64,000 nt of DNA from Synergistales bacterium. Lineage in GTDB: Bacteria; Synergistota; Synergistia; Synergistales; JAFGMB01. Where the stretch lies: NCBI GenBank assembly GCA_963666205.1, contig OY762654.1:1440001-1504000 (forward strand), given 5' to 3'. The notes beneath the pieces were generated by a model. It was not told the DNA's origin and made no database searches. It saw nothing but the letters and a program-made list of their open reading frames with translations. Positions 39,376 through 47,175 of this stretch are shown here, in pieces; positions within the stretch are counted from its first letter, which is position 1, and each line of letters begins with the position of its first letter. The translations under genes were made by a program, and so were the position numbers.

Positions 39376-39543
39376 TCAGTACTTCCACCATCGGGGAATG
39401 GAAATACTCTTTACCTCTTCCTTTCTTTGAAAGGGTCCAGGCTTGTTCTCGGGAAGAAAGGGCGAATATCTGAACCCCGAAAGAGGTGTATCCATCACCT
39501 GCTCCTCCGGTATGCTTCGCCAGAAAAGGCTTTCTTCATCCAT
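39376..39543 (-). pseudogene. 55-aa ORF after the orphan attenuator, possibly a TrpE N-terminal relic
   Basis: AGGAGTGAGG RBS; DTPLSGF-RYSPFLPENKPG weakly resembles TrpE DTPLS...YSFLLES..G. Confidence 0.35.
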
Positions 39544-39571
39544 ATCCCTCACTCCTTTCCTCAAAGACCAT

Positions 39572-39610
39572 AAAAAAAACCGGGCTCCCTTAAAGTTCGG
39601 GAACCCGGCC
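39572..39610 (-). terminator. Attenuator terminator (orphan)
   Basis: GCCGGGTTCCC-loop-GGGAGCCCGG followed by T8. Confidence 0.88.
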
Positions 39611-39633
39611 TGAGATCTACTGGTCAACGCCTG

Positions 39634-39720
39634 TCAGACGCCGACCACCTCAGGTGAGTCCCCGCCGCTAAACCAGTAATAAAAGTAATAGCTGTTACTG
39701 TAAGAACTATTCTTTTTCAC
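39634..39720 (-). CDS. Aromatic leader peptide, 28 aa (MKKNSSYSNSYYFYYWFSGGDSPEVVGV)
   Basis: GAGGTG RBS, GTG start, seven consecutive aromatic codons YYFYYWF. Confidence 0.85.
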   Translation of the reverse strand: MKKNSSYSNSYYFYYWFSGGDSPEVVGV

Positions 39721-39775
39721 AGAGACACACCTCGCCTTCATCAATTCGTTTAAATTTTCAGAATTATTGCCGAAT

Positions 39776-39804
39776 ACTTTATACCCCTTATCCCCATTTG
39801 TCAA
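39776..39804 (-). promoter_or_regulatory. Sigma70 promoter of the orphan leader
   Basis: TTGACA-17-TAAAGT. Confidence 0.7.
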
Positions 39805-39975
39805 TACGCAACCTGAGAAAAAAAGAAAGAATATTTTCTCAGGTTGACAACCATACAATTCAAAAATTTCCCTGGGTGTTTTGAAATGGATTATACTAAA
39901 GAAAGTCAGGCAAAATTCCTGTAAAACAGATTATCAGCTAATTGTCCTGGGCATATGGACGGGGGGCATTAAACT

Positions 39976-40716
39976 TTGAAAAAACCAGAAGATTTCAGAA
40001 TCCTTCCAGCAGGAGAATCCTGCATCTTTGTAGATTTCGGATCCATGGTAAACCTTGAGATCAACGGCAGGGTCCAGGCATTAAAGAAAAAGGTTGAAAC
40101 AGAACAGCTTACCGGGATAAGGGAAGTTGTTCCAACCTACCGTTCACTGGCCATATATTTCGATCCTGTATTGCTGGACCTGGAAAGATTCATAAAAAGG
40201 CTCAAAGATATAATTCCCGGTACTGCATCCCTCCAGAATGAAACAGCAAGAACGGTGGTCATTCCCGTATGTTATGGCGGGGAATTCGGCCCGGACCTGG
40301 AAAGAGTGGCATCCCTCAAGGGACTGACCTGTGAGGAGGTTATTCGGAGGCACTCTTCAAGGGACTACTACTGCTACATGTTGGGATTTACCCCGGGTTT
40401 TCCATATCTTGGAGGAATGGATGAATCCATATCCGCACCGCGTCTGGAAAGCCCCAGGGAGGTAATACCAGCCGGCAGCGTCGGCATCGCAGGCACACAG
40501 ACCGGCATCTACCCCATAAGCAGCCCAGGGGGCTGGCAGCTTATCGGCCGGACACCCCTGACGCTCTTTGATCCACACAGAGAACCTCCCATACTCCTCG
40601 AATCGGGTATCTGGATCCGCTTTCGTCCTGTTTCAGAGGAAACATACCGAAAGATCTCGGAAAAGGCCGATTCCGGTAACGGGGATATGGAGCCACTGGA
40701 AAGAGGGCGATCCTGA
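39976..40716 (+). CDS. pxpB: 5-oxoprolinase subunit B
   Basis: VPTYRSL, PVCYGGEFGPDL, GFTPGFPY, SPGGWQLIG. Confidence 0.92.
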   Translation: MKKPEDFRILPAGESCIFVDFGSMVNLEINGRVQALKKKVETEQLTGIREVVPTYRSLAIYFDPVLLDLERFIKRLKDIIPGTASLQNETARTVVIPVCYGGEFGPDLERVASLKGLTCEEVIRRHSSRDYYCYMLGFTPGFPYLGGMDESISAPRLESPREVIPAGSVGIAGTQTGIYPISSPGGWQLIGRTPLTLFDPHREPPILLESGIWIRFRPVSEETYRKISEKADSGNGDMEPLERGRS

Positions 40717-41786
40717 TGGACTTCAAAGTAGATCATCCTGGAATGTTAACCACCGTTCAGGATCTGGGCAGATGGGGTTTCCTTGGCAAGGGAATGCCCA
40801 TTGCAGGTGCCATGGATCCTGCTGCCCTGCAAATGGGCAATATCATGGTGGGTAATCCTGCAAACACTGCTGCCCTGGAGATAACCATTATGGGACCCAC
40901 CCTTACCGTAACCGCAGGAGAAGCAATGGCTGTACTTACCGGAGCTGATCTTGGCCTAACCATAAATGGCAAATTAACACCGGCCTGGAAGTGCTTAATG
41001 ATAAGATCAGGCGATAACCTTGCCTTCAGAGGATCTTCGGCGAGGGGGTCCAGGGCTTATCTGTGCCTCAGCGGAGGAATAGAAGTAGACCCGGTTATGG
41101 GGAGCCGTTCCACCTATCTCAGGGGGAAAATGGGCGGTTTCAATGGAAGACCCCTTGCAAAGGGAGATGTTATCCATACAGGAAAGCCTCATCTGCTCTG
41201 GAAAAGATTCGATGACTTTGAATGCCCTGAAGACCTTATACCGGACTATGGGCAGCAAACAAAACTGAAGGCTGTTCCAGGACCGCAGGATAATCTTTTC
41301 ACTGAGAATGGGCTGAAAACCTTTTTCTCCTCTGAATATACCATCACAACTTCGGCTGACAGAATGGGTTACCGCCTGGAAGGACCCGTAATAGAACATC
41401 TTGGAGGTCCCGACATAATCTCAGATGCAATTCCTCCGGGATCGGTCCAGGTTCCCGGAAACTGCCAGCCCATAGTGATGCTTGCTGACGGGCAGACAAC
41501 CGGAGGATATGCCAAGATCGCCGTCCTGACGACCCTGGCCCGCTGCATGCTGGCACAACGTCTTCCGGGACAGACAGTATTCTTCGAAAGGACGGATCAG
41601 GATTCAGCCATCCTGGAAGCACGGCAGTTTGCAGAGAAGATCAGCAGACTGGCAATAGCAAGGGCAGCATTTTCGACAGGTCATACCATATTTCACCCGG
41701 AAGAAAGAGAATCGGCTTCGGGTTCCATGAAGATGAAAATCAATGACAGGATATGGAAAGTCGACTGGGAACTTCTTGATAAATAG
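40716..41786 (+). CDS. pxpC: 5-oxoprolinase subunit C
   Basis: TTVQDLGR, GAMD, DRMGYRL, QTTGGYAKI. Confidence 0.9.
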   Translation: MDFKVDHPGMLTTVQDLGRWGFLGKGMPIAGAMDPAALQMGNIMVGNPANTAALEITIMGPTLTVTAGEAMAVLTGADLGLTINGKLTPAWKCLMIRSGDNLAFRGSSARGSRAYLCLSGGIEVDPVMGSRSTYLRGKMGGFNGRPLAKGDVIHTGKPHLLWKRFDDFECPEDLIPDYGQQTKLKAVPGPQDNLFTENGLKTFFSSEYTITTSADRMGYRLEGPVIEHLGGPDIISDAIPPGSVQVPGNCQPIVMLADGQTTGGYAKIAVLTTLARCMLAQRLPGQTVFFERTDQDSAILEARQFAEKISRLAIARAAFSTGHTIFHPEERESASGSMKMKINDRIWKVDWELLDK

Positions 41787-41803
41787 GAAAGGGAGGAAGG
41801 ACT

Positions 41804-42577
41804 ATGTTCAAAATAGACCTGAACAGCGATCTTGGAGAAAGCTTCGGACCCTGGAAAATGGGACGGGACAAAGATGTTATGAAGAACGTTACATCTGCTA
41901 ACTTAGCATGTGGATTTCATGCAGGAGATCCCCTTGTAATGGCAGGAACTGTCGAACTGGCAGTATCTGCAGGAGTGGGTATAGGAGCCCATCCCGGCTA
42001 TCCCGACCTCCAGGGCTTCGGACGGCGGAAAATGATCTGTTCTGCGGAAGACATCTATACGGACACCCTTTACCAGATAGGCGCCCTTTCTGCCTTCTGC
42101 ACGGCAGCAGGCACCGAATTACAGCATGTGAAGGCCCATGGAGCCTTATACAACACTGCGGCAAAGGATATGGAGATAGCCCTTGCAATAACAAGGGCAG
42201 TCAAGGACTTCAGGGAAGATCTCATCCTTATGGGTCTGGCCAACTCCCTTTTCGAGAAAGCAGCAAAGGAGATGGAAGTCCCCTTCGCATCTGAAGCCTT
42301 CGCCGACAGGGCATACCAGGAGGACGGATCCCTTGTTCCCAGAAAAATGGAGGGTTCTGTCATTCATGACAGCCAGGTTGCAGCTCAACGGGTAATAAGA
42401 ATGGTAAAGGAAGGATCTGTTGAAACCATTACAGGTAAGATAATTTCTCTTAAACCCCATTCCATCTGCCTCCATGGCGATACCCCCGAAGCGGTGGAAA
42501 TGTCAGCGGCAGTAAAGGAAGCTCTTATCCGGGAGGGGATACAGGTGGTTCCTCTGAAAAAGGTGTTGCTGGGGTAA
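41804..42577 (+). CDS. pxpA: 5-oxoprolinase subunit A (LamB/YcsF)
   Basis: DLNSDLGES, ACGFHAGD, GAHPGYPD, HVKAHGALY, CLHGD. Confidence 0.95.
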   Translation: MFKIDLNSDLGESFGPWKMGRDKDVMKNVTSANLACGFHAGDPLVMAGTVELAVSAGVGIGAHPGYPDLQGFGRRKMICSAEDIYTDTLYQIGALSAFCTAAGTELQHVKAHGALYNTAAKDMEIALAITRAVKDFREDLILMGLANSLFEKAAKEMEVPFASEAFADRAYQEDGSLVPRKMEGSVIHDSQVAAQRVIRMVKEGSVETITGKIISLKPHSICLHGDTPEAVEMSAAVKEALIREGIQVVPLKKVLLG

Positions 42578-42610
42578 CATTATTGCAGGATTACCAGGTT
42601 TAACGAATTT

Positions 42611-42662
42611 TCTGGTAACAGATGGGCCAGGGCAGCAATGCCCTGGCCCATCTGTTACCAGA
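42611..42662. repeat. Perfect 24-bp inverted repeat with GCAA loop
   Basis: TCTGGTAACAGATGGGCCAGGGCA-GCAA-TGCCCTGGCCCATCTGTTACCAGA. Confidence 0.85.
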
Positions 42663-42795
42663 CCTGATTGTTAATCTTTTGTTTGATCAACAACTGCTCC
42701 AGTGAGTGAAGCCTTTTAAGATCCTCGTCGTTTTTTTCTTTCCTGTTCAACAGGCATGCCATAAAGGATCGGAGGAGAATGGCTTTCAATTATTT

Positions 42796-42874
42796 CGATA
42801 TAAATGTTCCGACTATTGACAAATATCGGAATAAGTATATCATGAATATCATTCGCGGAACAATAATTCCGTTT
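42796..42874 (+). promoter_or_regulatory. Promoter/operator copy 1 (dctPQM)
   Basis: TTGACA-16-TATCAT; palindrome CGGAACAATAATTCCG at 42856-42871. Confidence 0.8.
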
Positions 42875-43101
42875 CAATGATAATTAGAAACAATCTAATC
42901 CTTTTCCAAAAAATACAAAAGTCGAAACCTCCAGATGTCCAGTCCTGGTAATCCCGAGATGATTGCCTTGACTGAGAGCGATCAGTGGAATCAGACAGTA
43001 ATTGGTCATTCAGAAACCTTAAGAGAGAGGGGGCTTCGGGTTAATCTCATTTCTGGTGTGGGGAAAACTGGGAAACTAAAATATGAGAGGAGAAAAATTA
43101 A

Positions 43102-44166
43102 ATGAAAAAGAAAATGTTCCTGGCTTCTTTAGTCTTGCTAGCTGTTAGCCTCGCTGCTGTAGTGTTCACTCCAATAACTGCAATATCGGCGGAGAAACCG
43201 ATCGTGTGGAGAAATGCGATAATGTGTGGAGGCACTGAGGATGCATTTAACTGGGTAGAGCTCGCAGAAGAAGTGAAAACGGCTACAGATGGCCGACTCG
43301 TGATAGAGCTTTATTTACCAGGTGAACATCCCTATGGTCCTGCTGATTCACTTAGAGCAGTTCGGGATAATGAGTTCCAGATAACGGGGCTTACAGGTGG
43401 TTATGTAACTGGTGTTGACCCAAGGCTTGGGGTTCTGGACCTTCCGATGTTACTGCCTGGCGGCGACTATGAAACCTTCCTCAAAGTTCATGATGTTTTC
43501 GACAAGTACCTTGGCAAAGTTCTCACAGAAGACTGGAACTCCGAGGTTTTGATCCATCATAACTGGGGGAACATGCAGTTTTTCATGAAAAAGGGTTTTG
43601 TAGAGAATTGGGATAGCTTCAAGGGGAAAAAGGTCAGGGTATGGAGTGCCGAGATCGCCGACCTCGTAACTCTTCTTAACGGTACACCGGTCAACATCGC
43701 ATGGGGAGAGGTTTACACATCGCTGGCAACAGGTCTTGTGGACGGATTGACCACCGACTTCTTTTCTGCCTATAGCACCAGGCTTACTGAACTGGCCCCG
43801 GATGTGACCATGATGTCATATATGTTCGGTACCAATAACTACATCGTAAATAAAGATGCGTTGAATTCATTACCCGAAGACGTGAAGAAGATCCTACTCG
43901 ATGTAATGGCCAGGAAAGATCATTCCTTCCGAACTGCAACCGTACTAAAAGATGGCCTCGCGCTTCAGGAAGCGTTTCTGAAAGATAACATCAAGGCACA
44001 CGGAATATCCAAGGCCTTTTTTGACGATGTCAGAAAAAAATCATATGATGCCATATGGAAACCATGGATCGAGCGAAGTGGCTCGGAAGGCGCCGCAGCT
44101 TTTGATGAGGTAGCCAGACTCATAATAGATCTGGGATATGACGTTCCCGGTTATACGCCGAAGTAA
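43102..44166 (+). CDS. dctP: TRAP DctP solute-binding protein
   Basis: Signal peptide, TDGRLVIELY, KGKKVRV, WGEVYTSLATGLVDG. Confidence 0.9.
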   Translation: MKKKMFLASLVLLAVSLAAVVFTPITAISAEKPIVWRNAIMCGGTEDAFNWVELAEEVKTATDGRLVIELYLPGEHPYGPADSLRAVRDNEFQITGLTGGYVTGVDPRLGVLDLPMLLPGGDYETFLKVHDVFDKYLGKVLTEDWNSEVLIHHNWGNMQFFMKKGFVENWDSFKGKKVRVWSAEIADLVTLLNGTPVNIAWGEVYTSLATGLVDGLTTDFFSAYSTRLTELAPDVTMMSYMFGTNNYIVNKDALNSLPEDVKKILLDVMARKDHSFRTATVLKDGLALQEAFLKDNIKAHGISKAFFDDVRKKSYDAIWKPWIERSGSEGAAAFDEVARLIIDLGYDVPGYTPK

Positions 44167-44208
44167 AGCAGGAGAACAGGCGTATCAAATACAGATAGGA
44201 GATATTGC

Positions 44209-44718
44209 GTGGGAAACATTCTTAATAAATTATCAAAGGCTGTTTCAATCAGTTTGGCAAGTGTAGCTGCCATAACCCTTGTTTCCTGGGTATTTGTGAT
44301 AGTGGTATTTGTCTTTGCTCGTGCCATTTTCAATGTGCAGTGGATGTTCGTAGAGGAATACACCGGTTATTGCATGGTTCTTTTGACTTCCTTTTCCTTT
44401 GCATACGCTCTGAGACGGGGAGCACACATAAATGTAACGGCTGTTGTGGATAATATTCCAAAGGGAATGCAAAAACCTTTGAGGATATTCGCTGATCTGG
44501 TAGGTCTGATAGTCACAGTTTACCTGACCTGGCACGGGATACGATGGCTGTTGCATGGATTACAGGGAGGAGAACGTTCCTGGTTCCCCAGCCGAACTCT
44601 TTTGTGGCCAGTTTACGCATTGATCCCTATAGGTCTGGCAGCTCTATCTCTGGAGTTTCTTAATCAGTTATTATCCAGTATAGCCAGCTTCCGCGAGGGT
44701 TGGACAGAACGAAAGTAA
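44209..44718 (+). CDS. dctQ: TRAP small permease
   Basis: 4 TM segments, EE...Y, GAHINV. Confidence 0.88.
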   Translation: MGNILNKLSKAVSISLASVAAITLVSWVFVIVVFVFARAIFNVQWMFVEEYTGYCMVLLTSFSFAYALRRGAHINVTAVVDNIPKGMQKPLRIFADLVGLIVTVYLTWHGIRWLLHGLQGGERSWFPSRTLLWPVYALIPIGLAALSLEFLNQLLSSIASFREGWTERK

Positions 44719-44731
44719 GGGGGCAGATATT

Positions 44732-46042
44732 GTGCCATTGTGGTGGTTGATAATCCGACTCGTTATGCCTCTGTTTATATTGCTGGCAAGCGGGGTATAT
44801 ATTGCAGTTTCTCTTGCGGCCTCGGGTATTCTTGGCTTGGAATTTATTGTAAAAGTTCCCCAGCTTATCGGTAACCTGATGTTCAAAAATCTGAATAGCT
44901 ACACCCTTTTAGCTATTCCTCTGTACATCTTCATGGGAGAGATAATGCTCCACAGTGGTATAAGCCGTGGTCTTTTCAGTGGAGCTTCCAAGTTGACAAA
45001 GGTCGTACCCGGTTCATTACTACACACTAATATTTTAAGCTGCGCCTTTTTCGCTGCAGTCTCAGGTTCAAGCCTTGCTACTGCAGGTACTATAGGTAAA
45101 ATAGCCTATTCTGAAGAAAAAGCGCGCGGATACAAGCGGTCGATGATAGGCAGCACCATAGCAGCCGGGGGTTGTCTGGGTATTCTCATTCCCCCATCCA
45201 TAGATATGATCATCTATTGCGTTATCGTACGTGCTTCTGTGGGACGTCTCTTTGCGGCCGGTCTGATCCCTGGAATACTTCTGGCCCTGATCTTCAGCCT
45301 ATATATCGGAATAAGGGCTACTCTTGACCCGACGACATCAGAGCCCCGGGAAAAAGTGACCCTGGGTTATATCAGAGGCATCCCCGCTGCGCTTGGAGAA
45401 CTGTGGCCCCTGTTCCTGATAATGGGAATCGTTTTCGGTGGCATATATGGCGGTATATTCACACCTACCGAAGCTGCAGCGGTGGCCAGTGTCGCAGCAT
45501 TAGTAATAGCGGCTTTCTATGGGGAACTCACCTTCACACTATTGAAAGGAGCTGCTATGGCAGCCCTGGAAACAACCGCCATGATCCTTTTCATCATGCT
45601 CGGTGCCCAGATCTTTGCAATTGCCCTGTCCATGCTGAAGATACCTGCCCATTTATGTGCCATGGTGTCCAGTTTGCCGATCCATCCACTGATAATATGG
45701 TTCTTTGGTATTATCCCGCTCTATCTTGTTTTGGGATGCTTCCTGGATTGTGTTTCAATGATCGTGCTTACCGTTCCCATAATATATCCAATTGTGGTTG
45801 GCACATTCGGCTTTGACCCGATCATGTTCGGTGTGGTACTTGTTATACTGATCGAGTGTTCACTGCTGACCCCACCTGTGGGGATGAACATATTTGTTGT
45901 TCATAATGTTACCGGCGGAGGGGACATTATGGAGCTGTTCAAGGCGGCCGTTCCTTTCGTAGTATGTTTGCTGCTGGTAATTGCCATCCTTACATTTTTC
46001 CCGCAGATAGCTCTGTTTCTGCCTTCTCTTGTATTTGACTAA
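44732..46042 (+). CDS. dctM: TRAP large permease
   Basis: AIPLYIFMG, SGSSLAT, LIPPS, FTPTEAA, TPPVG. Confidence 0.92.
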   Translation: MPLWWLIIRLVMPLFILLASGVYIAVSLAASGILGLEFIVKVPQLIGNLMFKNLNSYTLLAIPLYIFMGEIMLHSGISRGLFSGASKLTKVVPGSLLHTNILSCAFFAAVSGSSLATAGTIGKIAYSEEKARGYKRSMIGSTIAAGGCLGILIPPSIDMIIYCVIVRASVGRLFAAGLIPGILLALIFSLYIGIRATLDPTTSEPREKVTLGYIRGIPAALGELWPLFLIMGIVFGGIYGGIFTPTEAAAVASVAALVIAAFYGELTFTLLKGAAMAALETTAMILFIMLGAQIFAIALSMLKIPAHLCAMVSSLPIHPLIIWFFGIIPLYLVLGCFLDCVSMIVLTVPIIYPIVVGTFGFDPIMFGVVLVILIECSLLTPPVGMNIFVVHNVTGGGDIMELFKAAVPFVVCLLLVIAILTFFPQIALFLPSLVFD

Positions 46043-46046
46043 AATA

Positions 46047-46082
46047 TTAAAAAAGCCCGGCCACATTGCCGGGCTTTTTTAA
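46047..46082. terminator. Bidirectional terminator
   Basis: AAAAAAGCCCGGC..GCCGGGCTTTTTT. Confidence 0.88.
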
Positions 46083-46107
46083 TATTGTGATTGTGGTCCG
46101 GATCATA

Positions 46108-46986
46108 CTAATTGTTGATCCCCCGGTCTACCAGAAGTTTTTCCAGCGAATGGAGGCGTTCAAGGACCTCTCCCCTCTTTCGCTTTCCTATCTCCACGAT
46201 AAGAGCATCAAGGATAGTCATTATGGGAACCAGAGAATAATGAGTCGAAGTGGAAGGAACACAGATCACCTCTGAAGCAAAAGGAACAGCCCTGTTTGCC
46301 AGGTCATCAGTGATAAGAATTACAGGAACTCCTTTTTCATTCGCATATTCAACAGCCTCAATGGTCCGGATTGCATAGTGGGGTCCACCCGCTGATATGG
46401 CCAGGAGGACATCCTCTTTTTCGAGATCTATCAACTGTTCATACATATGATCGCTTCCAAGACAGGCTGGAAGCCTTACGTTTGGAAGAAGCTGCCTGCA
46501 CAGAGTGAAAAAAGCTTCGGCGGCAGCGCGGGAAGACCGCATTCCCAGGATCAGGATCTGCCCTGCCTCGCATAAGCGTTCCACTGCACTGTGAAAGGCA
46601 TCGATATTCAGGGTAGAAAGACACTGGGTTATGGTATTGGCATTTTCCTGGACTACCTGTTCAAGGGAACCATCCATTGCCTTGTCTGTGGAAAAGGACT
46701 GCTCCAGTCTCCACCAGACAGAGGAATTGGTGGATATCATGATCTTATGAAGCTGGTTCTGGAAATCAACAAAAGAAGAATAACCCAGGCTGTTGATAGT
46801 CCTCATAACAGTAGCAGGACCCACACTTGTTTTTTCCGCAATAGCCTTGACGGTCAGGAAAGCAGCCTCCCTATAATTATGAAGGAGGAACTCACAAACC
46901 TGCTTCTGCTGAGTAGGAAGGGTCTCCATGCCTTCCTGAAGTTTTTCAAAGACCGTGATTTTGACTTCACCATGTGGCACCATCAA
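46108..46986 (-). CDS. MurR/RpiR-family regulator
   Basis: N-terminal HTH (ATVMR...LGYSSF) plus SIS domain (ILGMRSS, AIS, ITD). Confidence 0.9.
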   Translation of the reverse strand: MMVPHGEVKITVFEKLQEGMETLPTQQKQVCEFLLHNYREAAFLTVKAIAEKTSVGPATVMRTINSLGYSSFVDFQNQLHKIMISTNSSVWWRLEQSFSTDKAMDGSLEQVVQENANTITQCLSTLNIDAFHSAVERLCEAGQILILGMRSSRAAAEAFFTLCRQLLPNVRLPACLGSDHMYEQLIDLEKEDVLLAISAGGPHYAIRTIEAVEYANEKGVPVILITDDLANRAVPFASEVICVPSTSTHYSLVPIMTILDALIVEIGKRKRGEVLERLHSLEKLLVDRGINN

Positions 46987-47031
46987 TTACCCCCTATTTA
47001 TTGAACTTAAGGAATATGATCTCCTGCTATC

Positions 47032-47110
47032 CGATATATATATTCCGGCTATTGACAATCTTTGGAATAAGTATATCATAAATACTATTCGCGGAACAAT
47101 AATTCCGTTT
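47032..47110 (+). promoter_or_regulatory. Promoter/operator copy 2 (aor operon)
   Basis: Near-identical to 42796-42874; palindrome at 47092-47107. Confidence 0.8.
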
Positions 47111-47175
47111 ACTCTATAAAACAGAATAAAAATGATTCGTACGGATTTTCATGGGATAAACAGGGAGGTAGTTTC

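Noticed and set aside
39634-39858. 74-aa ORF as listed in the track
   Set aside because: It starts upstream of the promoter; the RBS supports the 28-aa GTG-initiated leader instead
42960-43070. TPP riboswitch in the dctP leader (CTGAGA ... GTGGGGAA)
   Set aside because: Conserved core spacing and the CCTGA/TAATGC elements are absent
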